Source: an uncultured archaeon (lineage in GTDB: Archaea > Thermoproteota > Bathyarchaeia > Bathyarchaeales > Bathycorpusculaceae). Taken from it: a stretch of DNA of 64,000 bases. The position numbers and the translations under genes were made by a program. This document shows, piece after piece, positions 31,440 to 41,455 of the stretch. The notes beneath the pieces were generated by a model. It did no database searches. It saw nothing but the letters and a program-made list of their open reading frames with translations, and was not told the origin of the DNA. The number at the start of each line of letters is the position of its first letter. Within the stretch, counting starts at the first letter, position 1. The stretch is taken from the NCBI GenBank assembly GCA_963810275.1, contig CAWENF010000020.1, positions 1 to 64,000 on the forward strand. Direction: 5' to 3'.

Positions 31440-31558
31440 CACTTGTACCCCCAAGATGAAATATAGACATTCCAAACTCGTTTATTAAACCTTAATCCCA
31501 CGAATAGCTGCGAAACCAAAATATACAATTAAGCTTTATCGTGACCGAGGCTCCTATC

Positions 31559-31924
31559 ATGAAATGTGAGAAATGTGAATTAGAACTCTCAGTAGTTGAA
31601 GCAAACACTTACCAAGGCAAAACTCTATGTGAAGACTGCATGTTTAATTTGATTAATCCTCCAAAGACCTGTGATCCTATCGCGGTACATTCCACATTGA
31701 CCCTTCGCAAGCAACTTGGACAAACAGAAACCGATGGCTTAAACGAGACACAAAAGGAAATCTACAATTTAGTCGTATCCAAAGGCCTAATCAGCCGCGA
31801 CGATATACTCCAAACGCTGTCCCTATCTATGGTGGATTTAGAACGCGAGTTTGCGGTTTTGCGTCACTGTGAATTACTTCGAGGCTTCAAAAAAGACGGT
31901 GCGCTTTACTTCACTAAATTCTAG
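31559..31924 (+). CDS. Zn-finger + winged-helix hypothetical protein
   Basis: CEKC...LCEDC, CDPIAV, then a wHTH-like segment ending EREFAVLRHCELLRG. Confidence 0.75.
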   Translation: MKCEKCELELSVVEANTYQGKTLCEDCMFNLINPPKTCDPIAVHSTLTLRKQLGQTETDGLNETQKEIYNLVVSKGLISRDDILQTLSLSMVDLEREFAVLRHCELLRGFKKDGALYFTKF

Positions 31925-32040
31925 CCGTTTCACTCGCTTATTTTCGGGTTTGCGGCTCCGACAATATTTTTAACGGAAAGTTATAAATTTCAAGATGTAC
32001 TATTAAGTTCAATAATAGTATTTGACGCATAAATGTAAAT

Positions 32041-32811
32041 TTGGAGAGAAGAGGCAAGTTGAGCACTCACGCAGAAGACTTAAAATTACGTTTAATGACA
32101 ATCGAACTTTTACGAACAGCAAAATACAAACGCAACATAACCTACCGCGAGTTAGCCTCCAAAACGGGCTTACCCGTCACCGTGCTAAGCCGCTACGCCA
32201 AAGGCCACGTCCTCCCCAACACCACCCGCGCCAAACAACTCTGGCGAGTCCTCACGAAATTAGTTGGCTTAGAAGCCGAACTTCGCAGCCGCATCAAATT
32301 TGACGACCTTGGCTACTTCGACAACACCGAAATTGTCGGCGACTACAACATCCTCCAACAAGCCGCCAACCATGCCCTCGCTAATTTCGCAGGCAAACGC
32401 GTCACAAAAATCTTAACAGCCGCAACAGATGGCATTCCGCTAGCCACTATGGTCGCCAACGCACTTGGCGTAAACTTAATTGTAGCAAAACGCAACAAAG
32501 AAGTCGGCGTTAAAACATTCCTCGAAGAGACATACATTCTTGGGAGAGACAGCGGTGTCACAGTCACGCTGTACATACCCAAAGAATCCATCAAAAAACG
32601 CGATAGCGTTCTAGTGGTGGATGACATGATTAAGAGCGGCGAAACCCAAGAGGCGCTTGTTAACCTCGTTAAAAAGTCCAAGGCGGAGGTTTCAGGCATA
32701 TTCTCGCTTATTGCAGTCGGCGAGGAATGGAAGAAACGACTAAAAAGTGGTCAGGATAGTCCTGTTGAAGTGGTAACACACCTCAAATCTCCCTTTGACA
32801 ATTCAAGCTAA
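32041..32811 (+). CDS. HTH-phosphoribosyltransferase fusion (PurR-like regulator / APRT family)
   Basis: TYRELASKTGLPVTVLSRY HTH; VLVVDDMIKSGET PRPP-binding loop. Confidence 0.88.
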   Translation: MERRGKLSTHAEDLKLRLMTIELLRTAKYKRNITYRELASKTGLPVTVLSRYAKGHVLPNTTRAKQLWRVLTKLVGLEAELRSRIKFDDLGYFDNTEIVGDYNILQQAANHALANFAGKRVTKILTAATDGIPLATMVANALGVNLIVAKRNKEVGVKTFLEETYILGRDSGVTVTLYIPKESIKKRDSVLVVDDMIKSGETQEALVNLVKKSKAEVSGIFSLIAVGEEWKKRLKSGQDSPVEVVTHLKSPFDNSS

Positions 32812-32847
32812 ACCGTAACAGTTTTTATTTCCCTTTTCTATTGTTAA

Positions 32848-33714
32848 TTGATGAAGTTTCTAGTTATTTTTGCTATTTTTCTTTTGCTCATGCCGATTTC
32901 TCTTGCTCAAGCTGCGCCAGATACAGTTGAATTGGAAATCTCAAGCACCACATGGAATAAGTCAACACTAAACATCTTAATAATCGAAGCCTCCAACGAG
33001 AGTTGGTGGCAACCAGAATTCTTAAACGCAACCATATACGCAATTGAAAACTGGAAAGCCGCCATAGACTTCTTCGCAGACAAATACCCAGATTTCGCAT
33101 ACCTATCTAGATTAACCTTTGAATTCAAAGTTGACCAGCAAACATCAGAAGGATATGACGTTTACTTCAACTACGCAGAAACAATCCCCCAGCAAAACAA
33201 ACTCGTACTGGGCCAAACCACAACATACCCATCTACAGCAGACCACATAGATCATTGTACTGTCACATTAGCAACGTCCTCACAAACACTATCATTCAAC
33301 CCCGATGGAATGATGAACGTTGCAACACACGAATTTGGACATGTTCTTGGCTTAGGCCACAGCAACAGCACCAACGACCTAATGTACCCCTCAAATGACC
33401 TGATATTTTCAGAAAACTCAGTGTCAACCTTAGATTTATACGGCGTTGCAATCCAGTTCAACTGGTTAAACCTGGGTTCACCACTACCACTCCAAACGGG
33501 CGAAATTAGCTTGCCATCGAGCATCCCCTTTGAATACGCACCAAAAGAACACCAGTCTTCCACACCTCAAAGCTATGCAATCAATTTCTTGGATGCGGCA
33601 GCATCTTTTGTCGAGCAAAATATCGTTGCCATTCTAGTTCTTTTGGCTGCCGTTTGCTTTCTTGTTGCATTAGCAATCATTTTAAGGTCAAAACTGTCAA
33701 ACCGAGAAGGCTAA
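32848..33714 (+). CDS. matrixin-family secreted metalloprotease with C-terminal TM
   Basis: Signal peptide; HEFGHVLGLGHS...LMYP Met-turn. Confidence 0.9.
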   Translation: MMKFLVIFAIFLLLMPISLAQAAPDTVELEISSTTWNKSTLNILIIEASNESWWQPEFLNATIYAIENWKAAIDFFADKYPDFAYLSRLTFEFKVDQQTSEGYDVYFNYAETIPQQNKLVLGQTTTYPSTADHIDHCTVTLATSSQTLSFNPDGMMNVATHEFGHVLGLGHSNSTNDLMYPSNDLIFSENSVSTLDLYGVAIQFNWLNLGSPLPLQTGEISLPSSIPFEYAPKEHQSSTPQSYAINFLDAAASFVEQNIVAILVLLAAVCFLVALAIILRSKLSNREG

Positions 33715-33800
33715 ATTACCGGACAACTGCAAGCTTAATGGTGCATCAAAATCTTTAACACACCCATACCACAACTAAGCTCAATAAGGAGGCAAAACTT

Positions 33801-34823
33801 ATGCGGATGATTAAATGGCAAAACGGCACTGTAATAACCCCAGACCAAACCAAGCTTCCACTCCAAGAAGTCACCTTAGAAATCAAAAAAGTCGAGCAAA
33901 TGGCAGAAGCCATCAAAATGCTCCGAGTTCGAGGCGCACCCCTACTGGGAGCAGCTGGAGGCTTCGGAGTAGCCATAGCTGCGTACAACTCAACAGCCAA
34001 AATCCCAGCGCAGTTCTACAAGGAAATCGAAACCGCAGGCAACTTCATAAAGCGCCAGCGCCCAACCGCAGTTAACTTATTCTGGGGCGTAGACCGCGTC
34101 CTATCCAAAGCTAAAGTCACAGGCGGCAGCGTTGAGAAGCTAAAAGCCACAGTCATTGCTGAAGCGCAAGCAATTGCCAACGAAGACGCCGCACAAAACC
34201 ACACCATAGGCAAACACGGTGCCACCCTCATCAGAGACGGCGACACCATCCTAACCCACTGTAACGCCGGGGAACTGGCAACTGTCGAGTACGGTACCGC
34301 ACTAGGAGTAATCAGAGCGGCATGGGAAGAAGGCAAAAAAATTCAAGTGTACGCAGACGAAACCCGCCCACTGCTACAAGGCGCACGCCTCACAACGTAT
34401 GAGCTTAAACGCGACGGCATCCCAGTCACACTTATCACCGACAACATGGCGGCACATGTCATGAGCAAAGGCTTAATCCAAAAAGTCGTCGTCGGAGCCG
34501 ACCGGATCGTGCAAGACGCAATTTTCAATAAAATTGGAACCTACGGAGTCGCTGTATTGGCGCATGAGCACGGCATCCCCTTCTATGTGGCGGCACCTAA
34601 ATCCACCTTTGACCTGACACGCAAAGCCGCCGACGTCGAAATTGAGGAACGCAAACCAGAAGAAGTCACCCATGTGGGCTGCCAACAAACCGCACCCGAC
34701 GGCGTAGCAGTATATAACCCAGCGTTTGACGCTACACCACTCAAATACGTCGCAGGCATTATAACAGAGGATGGCATCTACACCAGAAAGGACTTCGCCA
34801 AGTTCGACAAGTTTCCGCTCTAA
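33801..34823 (+). CDS. mtnA: S-methyl-5-thioribose-1-phosphate isomerase
   Basis: VRGAP, RPTAVNL, LTHCNAGELAT..GTALG, ETRPLLQGARLT, GADRI, NKIGTY, NPAFDATP. Confidence 0.93.
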   Translation: MRMIKWQNGTVITPDQTKLPLQEVTLEIKKVEQMAEAIKMLRVRGAPLLGAAGGFGVAIAAYNSTAKIPAQFYKEIETAGNFIKRQRPTAVNLFWGVDRVLSKAKVTGGSVEKLKATVIAEAQAIANEDAAQNHTIGKHGATLIRDGDTILTHCNAGELATVEYGTALGVIRAAWEEGKKIQVYADETRPLLQGARLTTYELKRDGIPVTLITDNMAAHVMSKGLIQKVVVGADRIVQDAIFNKIGTYGVAVLAHEHGIPFYVAAPKSTFDLTRKAADVEIEERKPEEVTHVGCQQTAPDGVAVYNPAFDATPLKYVAGIITEDGIYTRKDFAKFDKFPL

Positions 34824-35227
34824 TTCTTTTCTGCAAAGACGCCTTATGTCTCTGAATTCTCGCTTAAAGGGTGACTCTTAAGTTTTTAAAAATTTTTTTA
34901 ACCATAAAACCACACTCAAATAGGAGCGCCGTCAACTCTTTTATGCTAAGAGGCGAGGGTAAATTCTGGTTACAGCTGTGTTGCCATCTTCAGATAGAAT
35001 TGTTGCCACACGGTTTTGGTGTAGTCATATATAGATAATTATTGGCGATTTCTATGTAGGGATAGGACTTCAAAAACCATCGCCCACAGAAACAGCGATG
35101 TGAGTGGCTTCTTGGACGTAAAAGTCATTTCGCTATGAAGTCTAATTTACCAAATTAGGCTGAAAAAAAGCAGCACAACGTTAAAGAGCATACAAAACCA
35201 AATCAAGCCATAACGGTTGCATAAGTG

Positions 35228-35785
35228 ATGAGCGAACCCAAAAAAGCAGCTCCAATAGAATTCCGAACAAGCGGTGTCTTAAATGAAAAAGGCGTAATTG
35301 TGACCGAGCAAAGCAGCATTGACCAACTTACCAGTCGCGGCTATGGCACACAAGAAGACAAAGTATTCACATTAGCTTTTTTTGAGTCGCTCTACCTCCA
35401 AGACAAAGAAATGCTCGACGTAAAAACAAAAACAGGCAAATCCATCGACTTCCAAACACTGCTGAACTGCTATGAAGCAAAAGACGAAAATGCATGGGCA
35501 AACTACCTCGTCTACCGCGACCTACGAAGCCGAGGCTACGTAGTGCGAGAAGGCTTCGGCGAAAACATCGACTTCCGAATCTACGAACGTGGCTCATACG
35601 GCAAAGACACTGCGCCCTATCTCATTTTGGGCACACAAGAAGGTAAGCCGCTCCCCATTAACGACTTGGCGGTGGCGTTGCAGAAGTGCCAAACTCAAAA
35701 GAAAGAGTTGATTTTAGCAGTTATGAACCGCAGAGGCGAAATCGTCTACTACAGCGTGGGCGAACTGCATTTCCCAGTGACCTAA
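35228..35785 (+). CDS. tRNA-intron endonuclease, structural (beta) subunit
   Basis: VYRDLRSRGYVVREGFG..FRIY..GEIVYY endonuclease fold lacking the catalytic His. Confidence 0.8.
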   Translation: MSEPKKAAPIEFRTSGVLNEKGVIVTEQSSIDQLTSRGYGTQEDKVFTLAFFESLYLQDKEMLDVKTKTGKSIDFQTLLNCYEAKDENAWANYLVYRDLRSRGYVVREGFGENIDFRIYERGSYGKDTAPYLILGTQEGKPLPINDLAVALQKCQTQKKELILAVMNRRGEIVYYSVGELHFPVT

Positions 35786-35818
35786 ATCAGGCTATTTGCA
35801 ACATTTGTTTTTTGAGGG

Positions 35819-37042
35819 TTAGGCTCGTTTTTTGGTGCTCACGATCGAGATTACGTCTCGGTCTTTTAGCACTGCGTCTTCTCCGATTCTGCGTTTGTCC
35901 CTTGCATCCACGGCGAAAAGAAAGTTATCGCCTAGTTCGGTGTGTATGACATAGGCAAATTGATGTGCTGTTGTTCCTTTTGGCACGAGGTATGTGTCAG
36001 GTAGGACACGGCCGTTGTGGTCGGTTAGGTGTTCAACGTCTTCGACGGGGTAGACGGCTATCATGTCCAGTAGCTTGAGGTAGGCATTGTTTATGGCTTG
36101 TTGTATGCCTGTGGCGCCGTTTGGTTTTAGGATTTTTTCGCGGATACTCTCCAGCGCAGCTTTTTGTCCAGCGGAGAGTTTTTCTGGCTGAAGAATCTTG
36201 AAGTCAGGATCGCCGGGTTTGTAGCTTATTAATTCTTTCTCGGCGGCTCTGCGTAGGCCGAGTTCGGCTTCGGCGCTGGCTGGAACCACAATGTAGTCCA
36301 ACTTCTTTAGTTGCTCCAAGTTGGCTTCAGCAGCGGGCAAATCCATCTTGTTAGCCACAATCAGCATGGGCTTTGAGAGCCGCCGCAACTGGTCCACGAA
36401 GCGGTAAAAGTCTTCGTCGCTCCATGTGGCGGGTTTGTCGATGTTTAAGCCTGCCTGCCTTATGGCTTCGTTCACGTATGCTTTTTTTATGCCTAAGCCT
36501 GAGAGGCGGTCTTCGAAGTGGTGTGCGATGCCTTTTTTATCCTGCTCGGCTGTTCGGGATATACGCGGCCAATCTTTCTTAAGAATCGTTACCATCCACA
36601 TGGTGATTTCTTTTTCGAGAAACTGCACATCCTCGAGCGGATCATGTTCCCCGGGTTTGCAGCTTTTACCCTCACAGTCAGTGCCGCCTGAAGCGTCTAC
36701 AATGTGAATCAGGGCGTCTGCGCGGCGGATTTCGTCTAGGAACTGGTTGCCCAAGCCTTTGCCTTCCCATGCGCCGGGCACGATGCCTGCGATGTCTATG
36801 AGCTCCACGGGCACCAGGCGAGCCCCGTCAAGGCATAGACTGTTTTTGGGGTTGTCCTGCATTCCAAACTCGGGGTGGACACATTGGGTTCGGACGTAGC
36901 CGACACCACGGTTTGGTTTTATGGTGGTGAACGGGTAGTTTGCTATATCCGCCGCTGCTAATGTGGCGGCTGAGAAGAAGGTTGATTTGCCGGTGTTGGG
37001 TTTTCCGACGACTCCAAGCAAGCGAGAGTAGGAACGCTGCAT
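35819..37042 (-). CDS. ychF: YchF/Obg-family translation-associated NTPase with TGS domain
   Basis: GKPNTGKST, YPFTT, DIAG, GLGNQFL, NKMD, C-terminal TGS; ATG at 37042. Confidence 0.92.
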   Translation of the reverse strand: MQRSYSRLLGVVGKPNTGKSTFFSAATLAAADIANYPFTTIKPNRGVGYVRTQCVHPEFGMQDNPKNSLCLDGARLVPVELIDIAGIVPGAWEGKGLGNQFLDEIRRADALIHIVDASGGTDCEGKSCKPGEHDPLEDVQFLEKEITMWMVTILKKDWPRISRTAEQDKKGIAHHFEDRLSGLGIKKAYVNEAIRQAGLNIDKPATWSDEDFYRFVDQLRRLSKPMLIVANKMDLPAAEANLEQLKKLDYIVVPASAEAELGLRRAAEKELISYKPGDPDFKILQPEKLSAGQKAALESIREKILKPNGATGIQQAINNAYLKLLDMIAVYPVEDVEHLTDHNGRVLPDTYLVPKGTTAHQFAYVIHTELGDNFLFAVDARDKRRIGEDAVLKDRDVISIVSTKKRA

Positions 37043-37208
37043 TAAATTCACCTGAATAAGTTGCGGCGCTTGAGCTATATTTTTTATGCTTCCAAAACAA
37101 GTATAAAAAATGGCGCTACGGGATTGTTTTGATTTGGGAACAGGTCTTAGTATACACTTTGGCGGCGGCTGCTTTGGCGGTTGGATAAAAAAAATAAAAA
37201 AGAAAAAA

Positions 37209-40200
37209 TTACTTTGTTTTATCAGCGGCTTCCGAATTCTCAGAGCTTTCTGCTGATGGTTCAGCGGCGATTTTGTTGTCATCTTTGACACGCTGCAGGC
37301 GTTTGATTGGGTTGTACCAGTTCCATTTTCCAAAGGTTGACATCACTGCAGGCACAATGTATGTTCGCACAATCAAGGCGTCAATGAGGATGCTAAAGGC
37401 GAAGGCAAAACCCATTTCCGCCAGCATCAGATTGCTAGACAGCATTAGCGCACCCAATGAGCCAGCGAGGATGATTGCTGCTGCAGTGATGATACCGCCT
37501 GTCTGTTGAATCGCGTTTACGATGGCATCGTTTTGGTGCTGGCCTTTTGCGGCTTCTTCGCGGATGCGGGTTAGGATGAAGATGTTATAGTCCATGCCCA
37601 AGCCCAGAAGCAGCACGAACAGTATCAGCGGCGTGATAAAGAGCAAGCCAAAGCCATATGCAGCATTAAACACCAGTATGGTAACCGCTAAAGTCCAAAC
37701 GATGCTCATAAGCACTGACAGGATTGCAAACACAGGCAATATTAGTGATCCTAATACAAAGAAGAGCACTATACCAACACCGACTGCTACGATAGGGAGA
37801 ATCTGGTTGAACTGGTTCTCGAAGCTTATTCTGGTGTCAAGACTGCCGCCTGTTGTGCCCCCAAGATATATTGCTGAGACACCGTCTGAGTTGTCATATT
37901 CTTGATGAAGTTGGTTTCGGATGTCACTTGCGTAGTCCATGGCTTGGGTTGAGTAGGGGTCAACGCTGAATTTGACCGTTATAAGTGCTGAGCTGTTGTC
38001 CTCACCGATGGCGCTTAACATGCTATTGTAAGTAGCGGGGTCAGTGTCGTTAGTAATTTTCATATAATCTACAGGATCGCCATACGGCATAGTGGGTCCA
38101 GTGACTTCCTGCAAACCAGCTTGATTAGCAATAGTTTGGGAAATCTGCTGCAACGTCGTCATCTCAGCGTCGTTGAAGCTTCCGTTAGTATACAGAATAG
38201 GCTGTGTAAACGTCACCACAACGTAGGTGGGCATTAGTCTTCCGCCACCAAACGAGTCAGTCATTGTGTTTGATGCAGCAATAGATTCTATATCGTTTGA
38301 GGCAGCGCCCAGCATGTCATAGGTCGGCGTTGTGGTTGCGTAGACGTAGAAAGCCGGCAAAGTGATCAGTACAGCAAGCAAAATAATGGCTTTACCATGC
38401 TTTACTGAGAAAGCGCCGCTTCTGGCGAAGTAACCTCCTCGGCGTTGGTTCTTTGCAGAGATTGTTTTTGCGTAGCGTTCAAAACGCTCGCCAGAGTTTG
38501 GCCAGAAAATTCTGTCACCTAAGATCGCTGTTAAAGCGGGTGCAAACGTGAGTGAAGCTAACAGCGTGACGAGCACGCCTAAACCGACTATGATGCCCAT
38601 GGACTGCATCAAAATCATCGACGTACCTGCCAGGGCAAAGAAGGATATTATGACGGTTGCGCCACTGGTAACGATGGATTCGCCTGCCCAGGTGATGGAT
38701 TTCTTGATGGCTTCAAACAAGGGCAGACCATTGATACGTTCTTCTCTGTGACGCGCTATAATAAATATGCTGTAGTCTGTGCCTACGCCGATTAAAACAG
38801 TCAAGAGCACGGTTGAGACCGTGTAGTCCACGGGGTTGATGTAGGTGCTGATGAGATAGGGGAATATCTGTGAAACACCTAAACCCACACCGATTGTACC
38901 TAAAGTGATAATGGGGGTGACAATTGAGCGGAAGAACAACCCCGTAGCACCGACCAACAACACAATGGTGATGGGTAGGATAATGTCTAAGTCTTCGTTT
39001 GTGGATTGCCCAAAGTCGTAGTTTAATGCGTCTGTGCCAGTGACTTGCGCAGAGTTAACATCCCCGGGGGTTTTTTCCATTAAGTCTGCTATGATACCTC
39101 GAATTACTGGGACGTTGTCGTCGTTGGATTCTACAAACGTGATTGAAATTAATGTTACATTTTTTGAGGGAGAAACAAAGCTATCGATTAACTGGTTGAA
39201 TTGTTCACTAACGTTATAGACGGCAGGGTTAGAAACAATTTGCGAAGCAAGAATCTGCAGTTCAGTGTTGGTTGCGTTTTCGCCCATGCTCCAAACCGCA
39301 GTCACCAACTCTTTTGAGAGCCCAGACTGGTTAGCGACGTAGTTTATGGTTACGGCTTGGACCTTTCTATTGCTTTCAGAGGTGTTAGCGTCAAGGTAAT
39401 CCTGGAGTTTGAGTGTGGAGGCGATTTGCTCAGCGAAGTCTTGACCGTCGCTCAGGTATTCGGGGATGAACTGGGCATTTGCGATGTCAGCTGCAGTGGA
39501 GGCGGTGTGGTTAACCCAGCCTATCGCTGGATAAGGCGAGTTTGGTACACGACTAATCCAGGCATCGTCGAAGTACTCCAGCATGTGCGAGGTGTAGTCG
39601 TTGTATGCATCTTGGTCTATGTCTTTTAGGATGTCTTTTGTGGTGTCATAGGCGATTTTGTTAAAGATAGGAATTAACTTGTCCATGCCGTAGAGTTCGG
39701 AATACCAAATGATGTTGTCCGCTAATTCGGATATAGAGCCTTGATAGGGGTATCTGCCTAGATGGTAAGCTGCTTCCACAAAGGAAACTGCCGCATCGGA
39801 CTGGTTAGCTACGTATTGGATAGCGAAATCTGCAATTTGCTCGTTGTTTTGTTCTTGGCTTTTAAACAGGAAAGTCTCCAGCGAGAAAGTATCGGTTAAG
39901 CCATTCATGAAATCCTGCATGGTTTGATTGTTTGCAAACGCTGTTTGGATGTACTGCTGGTTGGTCATGTCGGCGGCAAGCGAAGCTCGAGTGGTGGAGT
40001 TAAAGTAGGCTGTCTGGGGGTTTTGGAAACTCATCACCCAAGACATGTTAAATGCATATAGCAGCTGGGATGTGTACTGGGCGTAGGCGTCGGGGTCGGC
40101 GGCTTGAAGCATGGCTTGGGTTTGAGCGTAGGCGGCGTTGTTGAGCGCTGTGATGGTGTAAGCGTCTAGGTTGTAGTAGCTTTCTGGCGCCGTAATGTAG

Positions 40201-41321
40201 GAGGAGGCAGAGGTATCCTTTGGAGGTTGTGAAGCAATGAATTCAATGGCGAAGTCTGCTAAAGCGACGTTATTGGCGGTTTGGTTTGCAGCGTTGTTTA
40301 AGTAATCCTGCAAAGTGAGAGTGTCGGTTAGGGCGGTTACAAACGTTTGCGCTGTGGCGTTGCCAGCCAAAAAATTGTTGATATAGATTTGATTGGTCTG
40401 GTCCGACGCAAATACCGCACGCTCAACAGGTGTCCAAACTGAAGTTGAGGAATCAGAGAAACTTTGCGCCCAAGTGCTATAGAAAACTTGTAGAAGCTGT
40501 GAAGTGTAAAGTTGGTAGGCTTCGGGGTCTGCTGCGTAAAGAGTTTCTGCAGTGGTCTGGTTAGCGATGATGTTGGATTGAGCTACGTCACCTGAAGTAC
40601 CAGCCATCGCTCTCTGCCAAGCTTGGAGATAAATCGCAGGCGTACTGTAAAGCAGGTTGTAAGTTAAGTTGGCATTGTTAAGTGTAATGTACGCGCCTGC
40701 CCATATACCAGAGTATGCTGCAGGCACACTATAAAGCAAATAGTAAGTCATGTTGGCGTTGTCAGCGGTTAAGTAAATCCCCTGCGCAGTCTGGTTTAAG
40801 CCAGGCATTAGCTGCCCCTCTTTGGTCTCGTTATAGGCTTGGTACCAAACATTGGAGTATATGGTTGGGACGCTGTAGAGCAGGTTATAGGTTAAGTTTC
40901 CGCCTTCATAGGCTTCATAAACGCCTTCGTTTGTTGCATTCAACGCGGGTATAAGAATTGAGTAAACGGTTGTTATGTTTTCTAAGCCTTTGATGGCGCT
41001 GCTTTGAGTAAGTTTCTCGTTTAAATCGTCCATAAAACGTTGCGTTGCTAAGGATGAAGCGTCGTCCGTCGAGATGATGACAACCAGTGAATCGTTGGAT
41101 ACCGAGCCTTGGAACTGTGCTTTGATGATGGCATCAGCCCGTGCCGATTCTGAGTCGCTTTCTGAGGAGTTGTTTAGCGTCAGCGAAGTCACGCCGGTAG
41201 CAGTTAAAACCACAGGTAGGATGATTGCCAAAAGCAGCATCCAAGCAGCAATGATTGAGAACTTGCGCTTCGTAATTAAGCGTCCAAGTTTACCAAAGGA
41301 GTTCACTTTTCCGTTTGACAC
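37209..41321 (-). CDS. MMPL/RND family transporter with a very large repetitive extracytoplasmic domain
   Basis: IGVGTDYSIFIIARHREE and LGLGMDYNIFILTRIREE TM motifs; probable GTG start at 41321. Confidence 0.92.
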   Translation of the reverse strand: MSNGKVNSFGKLGRLITKRKFSIIAAWMLLLAIILPVVLTATGVTSLTLNNSSESDSESARADAIIKAQFQGSVSNDSLVVIISTDDASSLATQRFMDDLNEKLTQSSAIKGLENITTVYSILIPALNATNEGVYEAYEGGNLTYNLLYSVPTIYSNVWYQAYNETKEGQLMPGLNQTAQGIYLTADNANMTYYLLYSVPAAYSGIWAGAYITLNNANLTYNLLYSTPAIYLQAWQRAMAGTSGDVAQSNIIANQTTAETLYAADPEAYQLYTSQLLQVFYSTWAQSFSDSSTSVWTPVERAVFASDQTNQIYINNFLAGNATAQTFVTALTDTLTLQDYLNNAANQTANNVALADFAIEFIASQPPKDTSASSYITAPESYYNLDAYTITALNNAAYAQTQAMLQAADPDAYAQYTSQLLYAFNMSWVMSFQNPQTAYFNSTTRASLAADMTNQQYIQTAFANNQTMQDFMNGLTDTFSLETFLFKSQEQNNEQIADFAIQYVANQSDAAVSFVEAAYHLGRYPYQGSISELADNIIWYSELYGMDKLIPIFNKIAYDTTKDILKDIDQDAYNDYTSHMLEYFDDAWISRVPNSPYPAIGWVNHTASTAADIANAQFIPEYLSDGQDFAEQIASTLKLQDYLDANTSESNRKVQAVTINYVANQSGLSKELVTAVWSMGENATNTELQILASQIVSNPAVYNVSEQFNQLIDSFVSPSKNVTLISITFVESNDDNVPVIRGIIADLMEKTPGDVNSAQVTGTDALNYDFGQSTNEDLDIILPITIVLLVGATGLFFRSIVTPIITLGTIGVGLGVSQIFPYLISTYINPVDYTVSTVLLTVLIGVGTDYSIFIIARHREERINGLPLFEAIKKSITWAGESIVTSGATVIISFFALAGTSMILMQSMGIIVGLGVLVTLLASLTFAPALTAILGDRIFWPNSGERFERYAKTISAKNQRRGGYFARSGAFSVKHGKAIILLAVLITLPAFYVYATTTPTYDMLGAASNDIESIAASNTMTDSFGGGRLMPTYVVVTFTQPILYTNGSFNDAEMTTLQQISQTIANQAGLQEVTGPTMPYGDPVDYMKITNDTDPATYNSMLSAIGEDNSSALITVKFSVDPYSTQAMDYASDIRNQLHQEYDNSDGVSAIYLGGTTGGSLDTRISFENQFNQILPIVAVGVGIVLFFVLGSLILPVFAILSVLMSIVWTLAVTILVFNAAYGFGLLFITPLILFVLLLGLGMDYNIFILTRIREEAAKGQHQNDAIVNAIQQTGGIITAAAIILAGSLGALMLSSNLMLAEMGFAFAFSILIDALIVRTYIVPAVMSTFGKWNWYNPIKRLQRVKDDNKIAAEPSAESSENSEAADKTK
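39320..40910 (-). repeat. intragenic protein repeats in the MMPL ectodomain
   Basis: Three short N(L/M)TYxLLYSxPxxYxxxW units and three long units starting xDxxAYxxYTSxxLxxFxxxW. Confidence 0.75.
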
Positions 41322-41403
41322 GATATAACACCGTCTTTTCTTGTTGATAGGCGATCCTATGTTAATTTTAATCTTTGAATGGATGTTGAGGCGGCTCTTT
41401 AAG

Positions 41404-41431
41404 GTTGTACCGAATATACTCGGGTCCCAAC
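41404..41431. promoter_or_regulatory. imperfect inverted repeat between the divergent MMPL and regulator promoters (candidate operator)
   Basis: GTTGTACCGA-atatac-TCGGGTCCCAAC, flanked by TATA-like elements on both strands. Confidence 0.4.
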
Positions 41432-41455
41432 AAGCATATATGATAAAAACAGGCA

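Noticed and set aside
35090-35165. Possible C/D-box sRNA upstream of the EndA beta subunit
   Set aside because: C box is non-consensus and the spacing is atypical.
37043-37333. Long N-terminal extension of YchF
   Set aside because: Low-complexity read-through of intergenic sequence and the MMPL 3' end; the GTPase starts at MQRSYSRLLG.
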